DNA of 64,000 bases from Bugula neritina (GCA_964035545.1 OZ037773.1:7965751-8029750); one strand, 5' to 3'; positions 12,585 through 26,200 are shown, counted from the stretch's first letter. Notes: generated by a model not told the origin, from the sequence alone. Translations and numbers: made by a program.

Positions 12585-15500
12585 AGACCATGTAAAACTC
12601 AGCCAATCAGCGAAGTGTACCAGGTCAATGTCTTACCATCGTAACTGATATAAAATTCTGCAAGTTCAATTGCAAAATGCATGCTTTTAAAAGCTAGTTG
12701 TGCAACTTTTTTTTCATGCATTATTTAATTTCATATCTTAAATTGATGACTCTTGAAATGATTTTTTAAAATGTCTAAATTAAGTGTTTATAAAATGCAA
12801 TTAAAAATTTCATGTCTAGAAAAATGACCTGGTACACTTTTGCAACTTAAGGCCAATTATTACATAACTGCCAGCTTAGTAGTTATTTGTTGTTGCAGCT
12901 TGAATGGGTTATTGCTTAGCATTGGAAGCTTGCAGTAAACATCTGTGAATTTGGTACATGACTTTGATTGGCTGGTTTTTAAATTGCCCTTTAGTATATG
13001 CATCTGGATGGCTTGACTAGTGTAGACTCCGCCTACATCTAGCTAATGTACAGTAGCCAATCCACAGTAGTATTACAAAATTTCTGTTTAACAAATGAAA
13101 TATTCTGGTCATTTGTCTTGTACTTTACAATAGTAAATATTCTATTCAACTAGAATTTTATTGTATGTGAGCCATGCATGGGAACTACTAAGAGGTTAAA
13201 TCAACCAACCACCCATGCTAGTAATATTGTAGCTCGCAGTAATAGCAAGTCCACACCATATAAATATACACATAAGCTATTATGTGCAGCTTATGAATGC
13301 TGAAATGACCCCATTTCTTACCTTCAATTTGAAAAAAAATTGTATTACATATTCTGCCACCTCTGCACCAGGAACTTGTTTTCCTTTTAAATTTTGAAAA
13401 TAGTGGTCAGTTTCTGCAGCAGTCAACATCCACAATAAACAACGTAAGCTTTCAAATAAACTATAAATATATGAAATATTAGTGTGGAAACAATGTAATT
13501 TATTCATTGCTATGATGAAAAAATTACAAGAATATTATATAAAAGCTAAATATAGATTTCTAGTAAAATGGCACAGGTAAAAATAACACATTTTTACTTC
13601 AAATTCTAAATTTCATCAGTCACCAATGGTGGCTGTAGATTACAGAGAGCACAGCAGACTATCATAATCATAATCATAAGGATGGTCAGCCCACTGAGCA
13701 AAATCCAACTCCAACCCTTCATTTGGGTTACCAATGCACTAAAGCATATAATGTAAGACGCACAAAAAAACAGTGGTTTTAATGAAACATGTGAAAGAAG
13801 CGAACAGAAAACGTCTTCAACAGAGTCAGCTGATATAGAGCAACAGAACTCATCTGACAGCCATCCTCATAGTCAGACTTCATCAGAAGTAACTGAGTTA
13901 CCAGAATCATCAACTACTCAGAAAAAAAGATCTGCACATTCTATTGATAGATGAAAATCAAAAGTTGGAAGAAAAGGCTCAAAAAGTTCTACGTTTAAAC
14001 AAAAAGCAACTATTGAAAAAGTAAAAGTTTTTAAAACTTTCACCACTACAGATGAGCGAACTAAATTCTATACTGGAATTCCTACACGTTCTCTATCCTA
14101 TTTTTTGGCAAGGTAAAAATTATGATTTTCTTATTGCAAAGATAGACTATGGTTTATTACAAATAAACAATGCAAGTCTCACTATGCTAAAATTTGTACA
14201 TTGATTAAATTTGATGTGTAGTAAAACTGTCATTTTACTTAAATCTGTTGCAGTATGAGTGTATCATTCATACATTTTTTATTAAAGATGTTGTTTTATG
14301 TAAGATATTCATAAATACCACAGTGGTCATCTGCATGCTTTGATTTATTTAGTTTAGGGTTTTATTTAAACAAGCAGCAGTCTTTTATTTGTGGACAAAT
14401 TGACTCACTTTCTCCAGGAAAAGTAAATTGTCTTGACTTAAATTTTCCTTGGCTATTTTAAAGCTTATCAAAAGTGGCCTCCTAATCTAATTTTTAGCTG
14501 AAACTAACTCAGTGTTTAAAACTAAAATGGTTTACACTTGTTACTAGTTTCACTTATTCACAAACATTATTAAATGCTATTCTAGAAATAATATGGGTTT
14601 GAATTAGTTATAGTATAATTATAAAATGAAGTAATAATTGTTTGTCCACAGTATTTGTTTAAACTCATGACTTCATTCAAAGGATGTATTCATACAACTA
14701 GCTTATTATGTACTGTTACAGTATTATGTAACACATGTTGACACACATTACATTCTGTTTGGATGGTGATATATTGGGTCAAGCCTTCAACTAGCAGTTC
14801 TTGAACTTCATAGTTCTTGCAAAAGATAACTGAAGCTACTTACCAAAGGGTAAAAACTGCTGAATGAATACAAACTAAGCACAAAATTTATTTAGCACAT
14901 ACATTATAATTTGAATCATAATTCAATTTTCATTCTTTGTTTACTATATCTAGATTTATATGTCCGAAGATGAAAGTTCTCACTTTCAGAAAAAAAGTTA
15001 ACAGGACAAGATAAACTTTTATTGGCTTTGATGAAGCTGCGTCAAGATTTACAGTTTCAAATGCTTGCTGGCCTTTTTTTATATCTCTAAATTGCTAGCA
15101 AGCAAAACCTTCAAAGACACATTAGATATTTTAGCAGATGAACTAAACAATCTAATAGTTTTTCCAACAAGAGAGAAGCTGAACATTTCTCTGAGCTTTC
15201 AAAGCCAATATGCTAACATTAGGTGCATTATAGACTGCACAGAAATATTCATTTGTAAGCCTCAGTCAAAGCTGGCTCAATCTTTAACATGGAGTGAGTA
15301 TAAAAAGACCAACACCATCAATTATTTGGTTGCAATTACACCCAAGGGCACTATTTGCTTTATTTCGCATGGAATGGGAGGTAGAGCCTAAGACAAGTGT
15401 GTAGTGAATGACTCTGGGTTCTTAGACTTCATAAACCCAGATGATGTGGTCATGGCAGATAGAGGCTTTCTTATTGAAAAAGAACTTATAGGCGCTGGAG

Positions 15501-16769
15501 CCAAGTTGGCCATACCACCTGGGAAAAGAGGCCATTTGCAAATGACTAAAATGCAGTTACTGCAAACAAAGTTGATTGCTAACCTTCGAATCCATGTCAA
15601 AAGAGCAATCAAAAGAATAAAGGAGTTCAATATTTTAAATGGTCCTGGAGGTGTGAACTTGGTGTTGGCACCTCTATTAGACAAGATTATGATAGTCTGC
15701 TGTGCTCTCTGTAATCTACAGCCACCATTGGTGACTGATGAAATTTAGAATTTGAAGTGAAAATGTGTTATTTTTACCTGTGCCATTTTACTAGAAATCT
15801 ATATTTAGCTTTTATATAATATTCTTGTAATTTTTTCATCATAGCAATGAATAAATTACATTGTTTCCACACTAATATTTCATATATTTATAGTTTATTT
15901 GAAAGCTTACGTTGTTTATTGTGGATGTTGACTGCTGCAGAAACTGACCACTATTTTCAAAATTTAAAAGGAAAACAAGTTCCTGGTGCAGAGGTGGCAG
16001 AATATGTAATACAATTTTTTTTCAAATTGAAGGTAAGAAATGGGGTCATTTCAGCATTCATAAGCTGCACATAATAGCTTATGTGTATATTTATATGGTG
16101 TGGACTTGCTATTACTGCGAGCTACAATATTACTAGCATGGGTGGTTGGTTGATTTAACCTCTTAGTAGTTCCCATGCATGGCTCACATACAATAAAATT
16201 CTAGTTGAATAGAATATTTACTATTGTAAAGTACAAGACAAATGACCAGAATATTTCATTTGTTAAACAGAAATTTTGTAATACTACTGTGGATTGGCTA
16301 CTGTACATTAGCTAGATGTAGGCGGAGTCTACACTAGTCAAGCCATCCAGATGCATATACTAAAGGGCAATTTAAAAACCAGCCAATCAAAGTCATGTAC
16401 CAAATTCACAGATGTTTACTGCAAGCTTCCAATGCTAAGCAATAACCCATTCAAGCTGCAACAACAAATAACTACTAAGCTGGCAGTTATGTAATAATTG
16501 GCCTTAAGTTGCAAAAGTGTACCAGGTCATTTTTCTAGACATGAAATTTTTAATTGCATTTTATAAACACTTAATTTAGACATTTTAAAAAATCATTTCA
16601 AGAGTCATCAATTTAAGATATGAAATTAAATAATGCATGAAAAAAAAGTTGCACAACTAGCTTTTAGAAGCATGCATTTTGCAATTGAACTTGCAGAATT
16701 TTATATCAGTTACGATGGTAAGACATTGACCTGGTACACTTCGCTGATTGGCTGAGTTTTACATGGTCT
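12585..16769 (+). mobile_element. Non-autonomous ISL2EU-type (PIF/Harbinger-related) DNA transposon with ~1085-bp inverted arms
   Basis: Ends AGACC...GGTCT flanked by an AT duplication (12583-84, 16770-71); the reconstructed empty site TTCAATTGAA is palindromic. Arms 12585-13669 and 15685-16769 are reverse complements with no net indel and two mismatches noticed. The interior holds a transposase remnant. Confidence 0.9.
13678..15748 (+). pseudogene. ISL2EU-type THAP-HTH-DDE (DDE_Tnp_4) transposase pseudogene
   Basis: THAP C-terminal remnant KDGQPTEQNPTPTLHLGY (13678), TDERTKFYTGIPT, probable intron ~14113-14953, HTH region LMKLRQ, catalytic core IIDCTEIFI, TWSEYKKTNT, GGRA*D (stop at 15389), VMADRGF, and RIHVKRAI where the family has RIHVERAI. 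Frameshifts are present upstream. Confidence 0.9.
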
Positions 16770-17465
16770 ATTGAAAAAGCAATTTTTAAGTACCTCAATA
16801 TCTCAAATATACCAGGAGAATTTCATTCGATTAACAACGAAACTTAGCAGCTGATAGTTGGCACACTATACATAACAGTTGGCAGATGAGTTCATATTCC
16901 AGCACACAGGAGTAACTGAAGTGATGACAAAGTAAAGACAGTTGCAGAAGGATATGGAGTATATTAAAACTGATATAATCAATTTTCAAAAAGCAAAGAA
17001 ATATTGTCCATTGACAGCCTGAATGTCAACTAACAATAATCTTAAAAGTCATCAATAAAAAGTCACCAAGCACAAAATAACTATGACTGATATGTCTTAG
17101 TACTTTTAACTTTATAGCAAGGCTTTTATATAAGCAAGTATTTTGAAGAACAATAAATTTATGTCAGTAAAGAATGAACCTGTTTCAATATTGACTGCAT
17201 AACAAAATATTTTTACATTTACAGGTCAAATTATCTAAAGACTGCAAAAACAATAATAAATTGAATTAAATCAACAAAAAGTTTAATAGTATATCATCAA
17301 TTACATTTCTTTGATTATGTACTACTTGCAAGCTAAATTATTGTAACTGTATAAACATCTTACAGTTGTTACACTTAGCCTCAGCCTGCAGTTAAACAAA
17401 TTTCACAATGTAAACCAATTCGGACACTTCTATGACCTTAAGCATCCCTTAGAGTTAGTGTCCCT

Positions 17466-17775
17466 AATAGTAATAGTATAGTATTAGTAGTACTAATACT
17501 AATAGTAATAGTAATACTTTTTTACTAATACACTATACAGTATCACTATCAGTATCAGTATCAGTATGATAGTGAGTATGAGTATTACTATTAGTATTAG
17601 TATAAGTATAAGTATTACTTAAAAGTAAAAGTAAACTAATAGTAATACTAATACTAATAGTAATAGTAATACTAATAGCTTTACTTTTAGTAACAATTAA
17701 TGATTATAGTTATACTAATTACTAATACTAATAGTAATACTAATAGTAATGTTACTACAGGCATACTCATAGTAT
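17466..17775. repeat. Period-3 TAN/hexamer low-complexity tract (TAGTAA, TACTAA, TATCAG, TATGAG)
   Basis: Directly visible; lies just inside the probable first intron of the ENT gene. Confidence 0.85.
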
Positions 17776-17915
17776 TATTAACAAACTCAAAGCTATGTGT
17801 CAAGTTCTAATTTTAATAAATTATTAAAAAAAGTATACTACATTTAATAAATCAGTGATTTAAATTAATAAATATAATAATAATTTTATGATCAAAATCA
17901 TTATTAATATTATAC

Positions 17916-18385
17916 CTAGGCTGATGATCCGGGAGTGATAGCCTATAGAGTATAGAGATAAACTTCGTCAAAAACACAAATATCGATATGACTATCAGTA
18001 TGTATATCTCAAAGAAATATCATTCATTCAACGTTCAACTTTATAACTTCCACTTAGCTACAAGCTTCAAGACTAACTCAAGTGGAAATGGATTTCACAG
18101 CTCACAACCAGTGGGCGAATCCCGTAACAAAATAACATAATTTCTACCAATGACTATCGCTAAGTAAGACTAGTTTTTTTACTTTTATTAAACAGCGAAC
18201 CAATTTATGTGAATTTACAGGTTAAGACAATTTCGCTTAACAAATCAAAATGATGCTCTCTACTTTATCTAACGAATCAGCGTGAAAGTGAAACTTATGT
18301 TTAGCTTGGTCAACAACGGAGCCCAAGTATTTAAGTATTCACTCCACTGTGACTTGTGAGTGTAAATGTGAGGCTGAGAAGAACT
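17916..18385. promoter_or_regulatory. Probable bidirectional promoter and non-coding first exons of the ENT gene (-) and the membrane-protein gene (+)
   Basis: CpG-containing patch with CCAAT (18147, 18200) and GTGGGCG. A minus-strand donor (CCTAG|GTATA at 17915) and a plus-strand donor (GAACT|GTAAGT at 18386) face away from each other. The first coding exon of each gene starts with an acceptor, so an upstream UTR exon is needed. Confidence 0.45.
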
Positions 18386-18404
18386 GTAAGTGTGATAGCA
18401 TAGT

Positions 18405-18800
18405 ATCGTAATATCATATCATTACAATGACAATGATAATAAATTTAACGGTTATATTATTACTAATCATAATGATAATGACAGTTGGTTTATTACATAA
18501 ATTTACATATGACGTTGACTAACTCACTATCACTCACTATGTTTAAATAAAGTTTGATTCTCTCACTTTGATTTTGTGCATACTGATAGTGATAATGATA
18601 CGCAGTGGTTACGTGGTAGGAGTACGGTAGGAGTAACACTAACAGTAACACTAACTCTAAGTCTAACAGTAACTATAAGCATAATGATAATGATGATTGC
18701 TGTTAGTTATTAATAATAATATTAATATTATAATTATATGTAAAAAATGCAAGTATAACTGATATGACATTATCACTATGATTATGATTATTAATATTAG
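18405..18800. repeat. Period-3 low-complexity tract (ATAATG, ACAGTA, ACTAAC-like)
   Basis: Directly visible; lies in the probable first intron of the membrane-protein gene. Confidence 0.7.
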
Positions 18801-18938
18801 TAAACATTTTAGTAGGTGTATACAGTATATCAACATGTAACTGACTAGTGTGTGTATGTGTAACTGACTACAGACTAGTGTATGTTGTACTAGACTAATA
18901 CTGTTAATTTTAGATTTATAAATATATTTTATTTACAG

Positions 18939-21155
18939 ATGTCTAGCATGAGTGCAACGGCAGGGGGCAGACAACTCACTGAGGTTGACAAGATAGCTGT
19001 GACACTGATTGTTGTGTTTGCAACTCTTATTTTTGCTGCTCTCATATCAGTTGTCTACTGGTATTACTCTGTGACTATCAGGTAATGGCTTCTACAGTTT
19101 GTAGCTTACTGCGATGGTGAAGGTCGCGACCTTTCACACTCTATCCTTACATTCATATGTGTCGCCAAGATGCCTCCCTAAACTAAAGCTTCACATTAGT
19201 TTAAAATAATTTATGTCAAAAAAGTCAATTATCATTGAAACTGGTGCAATGTTTGTACAAATAATTTAATTAGAGCCATAGTTATCTTCAAAATTAAATC
19301 AAATATTTAAGTTTATATTTTGTTTGCTATTATTAAACTGCATGCCTAAAGTCAATTTTCAATGTACTCAACCAGCAAAGGTTTTTAATTTCAATACTGT
19401 GTACTAGCCTATGTGTAGGTCATAGCAGCTTGTGTAACTGATTGCAATGGGCTGTTTTGAGTGGCTTGTTTCTATCAATTATTGCAAGGTTACGAATACT
19501 GATTTTTTACGCTACTAGTCATCGGTTTTCAACTTTAGCCTTACAAGGTGAGCACTGAGGTTTGTTTAGGGGCATTGCCCTTCTTGCCCTTCACTTATAA
19601 AAAAGCCTGAAATAACCTAAAGTGGCGCCAAAAGAGATTTATAAAGCATATATGTTATTCCCTTATTAAGCTGTACAGTGTATGCTGGGGCATTGTAGCG
19701 TTCAATCACAAATAATAGTAGCAATTAAAAGCTCTCTGTCAAATAGTAATCATTTTCCACCTCATCGATTTTATTTGAATACCAAAAAGTGATTTTAAAG
19801 AATTCATTGTACTCATCATTTACTCCTTTCAATAGAAACTCTACCCATTAGATAGAGAGAGACAATGTCATAGTTGCCACTAGTATTAGAGTTTACCTAC
19901 ATTCTTGCAGCCTTATGTCATCATCTGCTTCTGTCAGTCCACCACATTGAGGTTTTCGAACAATTTCTATATCGCTCTATCTGGCGTTGGCTGACAGCTC
20001 ATTGCAGAGAGTACGAACAGTATAAACTATAGACTATAGAAATTGGTCTTGTAGCTAAATGAAAAGACAACTCTTAATATTTGAAACAACTTACATCAAT
20101 TTCCTAATACATGTATACTGCATCAGCTAAGCTGTGCAAGATGTCAATAAATAGGCTGTGTTTCCAGCATTTAACTAAGAATATTCAAGACTTAGACAAA
20201 CTTCATTGACTACTGTGTCATCATTAAAAGTCAGAGAACTCAGTCTAGATGCAGTTTCTTGTGGTGCTACTTTAGTGTGTTATATTTTGTCTGCTTCTTA
20301 AAAATTATTAATTTATTCAACTGGCTCTTTTTTTAGGAAAAAGCGAAGTAAAGAAAGTACATATAAAGGGTCGCTAGACTTTCGTAGCCTTGAAGAAATG
20401 GAACAAGAATTCAGGTGGGGGTTGTGTAGCTGTTTTGAGTTAGAAAGTACTCTGCGTTAAGTAATGCCTATACTGCTAGCAGCTTAAATTAAAGGCTTTT
20501 CCTTCGCATCATCAAGCTAGTCTTTTGATTCTAACTGTTGAGCTTTAGTCTGAACTGCTTCCAAGTGCTGAAGTCTCTACAAGCCCTCATGCAAATCCTT
20601 CTGCAGAATTTTGTTACGTGCGCATTGACTGCTTTCATTACATGCAAACCAGTGATTCATTAATTTGATAAGATATTGTTAAATTGCAGAGAAATCGGCA
20701 AACCAGAGTTAACAAGGGATGCGCAATCGAAAGATCTGAAACCACCCGCTATTTCTTCACTTCCACAAGAGCATGGTGCCAAGGCTATTAGTGAGACTGA
20801 CACTGAGGCTAAGACTGTCACCAGCTCTGCTCTGCCTACGTCCAGTGACGACACTAGTCTGTCTTCTGCTGATCTGCAAGTTGTTCGACAACAGTCAAGG
20901 GGGGTTTCATCTTCCACCCGACACAAGAGCAGTCCGCTTATAGACACACACATTGGCTCCACGTCCAGTGACACGGGAAGACTAGAAGTATCAGCTGCTT
21001 ACCTCCCAGACACGAGAATATCAACTATTAGTATAGATAGTGACTCAGGTTATGATAGAGTATTGTGGCCGGATGTGATCGACCCCTACCATACAGCTAG
21101 GGAACTAGAGCTAAAGATCTCTAAGAAAGCTGTGACTGTCCATAACCAAAGCTAA
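18939..21155 (+). CDS. Uncharacterised single-pass (type III-like) membrane protein, ~228 aa, with a disordered Ser/Thr-rich cytoplasmic tail
   Basis: Exons 18939-19081, 20337-20414, 20690-21155 splice in frame (687 nt). Short N-terminus, TM IAVTLIVVFATLIFAALISVVYWYY, basic stop-transfer RKKRSK, tail containing SIDSDSGYDRV and DPYHTA. Confidence 0.8.
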
Positions 21156-23224
21156 GACATGTGATGCACATGGCATATAGTGGCATGTGCTTGCAGGTGT
21201 CCCTTTCGTTCTGCTGATACTGAAATATATGCATTTGCCCTCTGACTCAGTGTCCTTCACCTTTGTACTAACTGACAGCTCATATCCTGTGTGTGAAATG
21301 CTGTCCTACTCTACTACCCGTGTGTATTATTTTTTCCACTTTCTCTGAATCATTTTTTCCGGAGATACAAAAAATTATTTTGTATACGGAGAGCTTAGGA
21401 GTTGTGAGCACTCAGTGGTGTGTTCTGTTTGTATTCAGCTGCCTCTCCCCTCTTGTACATCCACCACTGGCCATTTGTATCTCTAGCTCTGCTTTAGGTA
21501 AATCTTCTTCTGGGCTTCCTTTCTTATTTATATTTATTTATTATATGTATATAATTGCTGTATTGTAATATCTGATTGTTATTTATATTAATTATATTTA
21601 TATCACTTTCGTTAGATGTTATTACTGTATTCTTATTACGAGTATATATGCAACTTTTTATACTACAGTGTTTCACTGGTTGATTTATCGTATTGGTTTA
21701 ATCTATTGCATACCTGCATAATATATTATACTGCATGTTTTCAGTCATAACTAACCTTTTTATTTCATATTTAAATTTTTCATTCCATTTTTTCTTGTTT
21801 TGTTTTTTATTTCAAATGTGATCTGAGTTTATTGCCATCTGTGTTTTATTTGAATTTTCATTCGTTTACTAGTTTTAAATAATGAATTTGTGTTAAATTA
21901 AAAATTGAGCCTCTAAAATATTAAATTACTAGCTTGATGTATAGGTTAAGTTATGATACTGAGTGTGTTCACATAGTATATAGACTGTCAGTTATGATGT
22001 TTTCACACATGTAGATTGTGATGTACAGTTATCAAATTCACTTGGCACTGCGTTCAATATTTCTATTGCCTTTCTTAGTGTACAACATTAGCAAACGCAT
22101 GCGTAGAAGGCTATTAGTGTAATTTTGAATATTTTTGTTGTATTTTAATGAAAATGCTGCAACAGTTTTTCTGCAATTATTGAGTTGGGCGCCTCCTCTG
22201 CAACTACCAAATATAAACATCCATTTTACAGTATGTACTTCTAATTCACTAATTTTATTTAGCAACAAAATATATATGAGTAAAATAACTGTACTAGGAT
22301 TTGTCTCCCCATAAGAACTAAAGACACCTTTGCAGTGTAATGTCTTATGTTGTTATAGAAACATATTATGTAGAAATTGAAGCCCAAGAATCTGTATTTC
22401 CTAGGAGGTTATACTAAGCTCTGATATAGACACGAAGTGTTGCTATAATCAGCTAATATTAGATGCAAGAGTAAACAACTGCTCAAAATGTTAACTAGAT
22501 AGAAGCATTAGCCAAAGTTGTAATTATTGTTAGCTCTTCCATATCATTATTTAAATGCATTATTTATTGTAACAAAGACACTATGTACTCAGTTAATTCC
22601 TATACCAGTAGGCAAATAATTTCCAAGAATTATATTTATAAAATGTATAATACAATCTTACATAATTGACTAAAAAAATTGTTGGCTGAAATTGGCTAAA
22701 GCCTTCCATTATTATTATTACTACTTTTATTATTATAGTATAAACTATAAAGTTTCAATTGTTAGTACTTAAAATATATTTTCAATTTAACTTGTCATAA
22801 TTGATGTGTGCATTGCAACAAAACAAGCAACTGTTATACTTTGCTATACCCTGTATAATTCACTCCTTTTCAAACTCTTAATCCACCAGCTGCATGTGTA
22901 ATGATTGATGTATGTATTGTATTTGTAGGAGAATGATAACTCCAATATAATCATAGACGGCAAAAGTTGCAGTTTAAATAAAAGAGGGTCGCAAAAATCA
23001 CCAGTATCATAATAACTAAAAAAAACAACTACAATTACCCTATATACATAGCATAAACACATAATAATAAGTCTAACCTAACGTATAATATGCAGGAGTA
23101 ATGCATGCTGCAACCATAAATGTACCCATACAGCACCAAAGACCAGTTATACAGATGATTTTTTACTGTCTCTGGTATCCCAAAAGTTGAATATCAATAT
23201 TTTTATTTTATTTCCAGCGCTGTA

Positions 23225-26200
23225 TTATCTTTTACTAACCATTATAAGAAAAGCTCTGATGAATTGAATTGCCCAGTCTTGTTGATTATTTGCAAACTGC
23301 CGGACCTGAAAATGAAACAAACCATGTTATAGTATTATATAGTATATTAGGATATGACACAACTATACCTTAGTAATATATTATGTGATCATATTATGAT
23401 ATAATATTAGTGTGACTAGAATACTAATTAGCTAAAAGTTGGAACTGTTATAAAAACAACAAATGGTCTGTGTCTGATACTTCATGCCTTCCAATTGTAA
23501 TATATAAATTCAGTTATTGCTTGTTATAGTTATGATACAAGTTTATAAGCTACATATTACATAATTGTGTATAAAATGCATACAAAATAGCAAATATTTT
23601 AACATGCAAGTTTGTTTACCACACACAGGAAGTGCGCAATACTTTTATCCAAAATTCATTTTATAAATTTGTACATATTTTTGGACTCACAAAGTTGACA
23701 TCATTTCCATTTTCTGGGCAGCGTTCTGAAATAGGGCCACATGATGGGCGAGAATTTACAGTAAACTCTCTCTGTAGGTGTAAGTCAGCATTTAGCATCA
23801 TACGTCCATCATTCGCTGACCATTGGGTGAACCTAAGAGAATCACAGGTGAGATCATTTTATACTGTGTATACAACATAGTAATACTATAACTATAGTGT
23901 TATATAACTGCAGTATTATAATACTATATTACAATACTACAATATAAAAATATCATAACATAATGCTACAATTTAATAATACTATAATTCATTACTAAAA
24001 TATTATAATAATATAATACAATAATACTATAGCATAATATCACTATAATACTAGCTTGGACACCTATTGTAAAATGACATTTATACCTTTGCGGTGTTAC
24101 TATCATATTATAATTTATTATATTTATGATATACTATTGTTAATTATATATAATTATAATATTGTTTACTCGTTGCCAGGTGCATCAGTAACTCTCCATG
24201 TTGTTCCTAGCATACTTCCGTAATAAGAGTTGTCTAGAGTGTGAGGGGTGTTATCCCACCGCCCCTCAAACCCACTGTTCTCAGTCCTACAGACCCCCAG
24301 TGAATGTGCGCCTGGAAAATAAGAGAACTTTTTAGGTCAAAGGTTATATTCTGCTAATATGGCAGAATATGAGAGTGATCAAAAAGCTGTACAATAGGCA
24401 ACCAATCTGTTTTACAAGCTAGTAGAGTCAGTTTATACAAATTAGTTGAGTTTTTGTGCAACATTAAGACTATATTAATAGACAATATTTCAATTTTCTT
24501 AGACCTTTTTCCTACTTATTGTAAAATAAATAGGAAATAAATTTTAAAAGTTTGGAGAAAATCTAGAACCAATAGCAATGCTCGTATGCTATTCATATCA
24601 CCAGCAAACTCACTTGTCGTCATGACAACCACTACATTGACTTGATAAATGCTACGTGGTTGCTGCGTGCTCACAACTCCAAAAAGTGTATGTCTGCTGA
24701 TGAAAGTTTAACAACTCTTTTAAAAAAAATTATACAAGTTAGCATTAGTTACTAAATATAAAGATTTAATGATCCTGTATTAAATCTATTTGTTTGCAGC
24801 AGTCATGCAGAGTCAACAAACTCTGTCTAAATAGCCTAAGCTTCAGAGTATTTACATATTTATTAAGGAAGGTATTTTAGAGCCTTCAACATTCACAAGT
24901 TTAAGTACTTGCAATGACTATGAGCAATGGCAGTGTATAATGATATGACAATACAACATGAGGTGTAAGCAAACGTTACTGCCAAACATTGTAATGCCAA
25001 CAAGTTATTTTATAAGCATTGTTATATAAACATAATATGACCTACATTTTATAACAAATAATCTGAACTCTTTAAAGTTTTCAATTGACTCCTATTATAG
25101 GCCTACAGTTTTTATATATTGACAAGAGCTTAACATATTTCAATTACAGGCATAACAGGATTAATGTCTCATTTTAAAAGATATATCCTGATTGCGGAGC
25201 TTTTGCAGTATATCCTGCAGTCTATAAAGTACTCATTTATCTGCCTCTACTTAGAGAATGACCATTAATCACTCTAATCCCTCTTCTGTCAGTACAACTA
25301 TTTCTATAATCAACTATCTATAGCAGTTGCAAGTTCCTCAAAACTAATTTCGTTTCTTAAAAAATGCCAAGACTTCCTGTGAGGTTATTATCTCAAACAC
25401 AATTTGGTTTATGTGTCCTGTATTTTTCTCACTCTCCTAGCTTTAATATATCATTGATTCATTGCTTTAATCACCTTAAAGTCATCAAGTCTTATATAGT
25501 AGCCAAGGCAACAAGCTGATATAGAGGTGATGTGTAGACACAAATTAGTTAAAATTATGTATTATGTTACATATTATATTATATTACATTATGCACTAGG
25601 GTAATATAGGATAAGAACGCGTCTTACCCATTAAAGCAACAGCTAAACCTCTGCTGGGGATCCCAAAGTGTGACATCAAGAACTCTATAGCATCTGTATT
25701 TTGTCCCTGCCAAGGTCAACAAAGGGTCATGGAAATGGTACATAGTCAACAAAAAAGTGCTACTCAATTCAATTTGAGATAAATGTTATATTGCTACAGA
25801 TCCTGAGTGACTAGTAATTCATATGCAACAATTACAATCCTAAGCCATATTTGAGGATCTTAGAAACAATTTAATAAATTTTACAACTGGATATTTAAGA
25901 GTTGTCTTATCTTTTTTGTTTTTAAACTTTTACATTCTAAATTTAATCTGCAAAAACATACAAACACAATTAAACTACTCCAATACCTTAATTAGTATAC
26001 AACACATACATACTTCCACATTTTTATTATGTTTTATATTATTCAACCACTAATTATACTATCTACTAGTATACAGGATAACTTTGGGAGGGGGGAGGGG
26101 GAGGGGATTAGATTATTCTCCATGAACAAAGAAAAAACCAGGGCAACAATTACTTTATACACCTGCTAGCCTTTTTTGTATAAAAATTTCTTTATAATTA

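Noticed and set aside
13280-13507. Identical 75-aa ORFs at 13280-13507 (-) and 15847-16074 (+)
   Set aside because: A by-product of the inverted arms. No recognisable domain, and no YqaJ exonuclease motif that I could identify.
26085-26107. G-run tract with G-quadruplex potential
   Set aside because: Isolated simple repeat in an intron with no supporting context.
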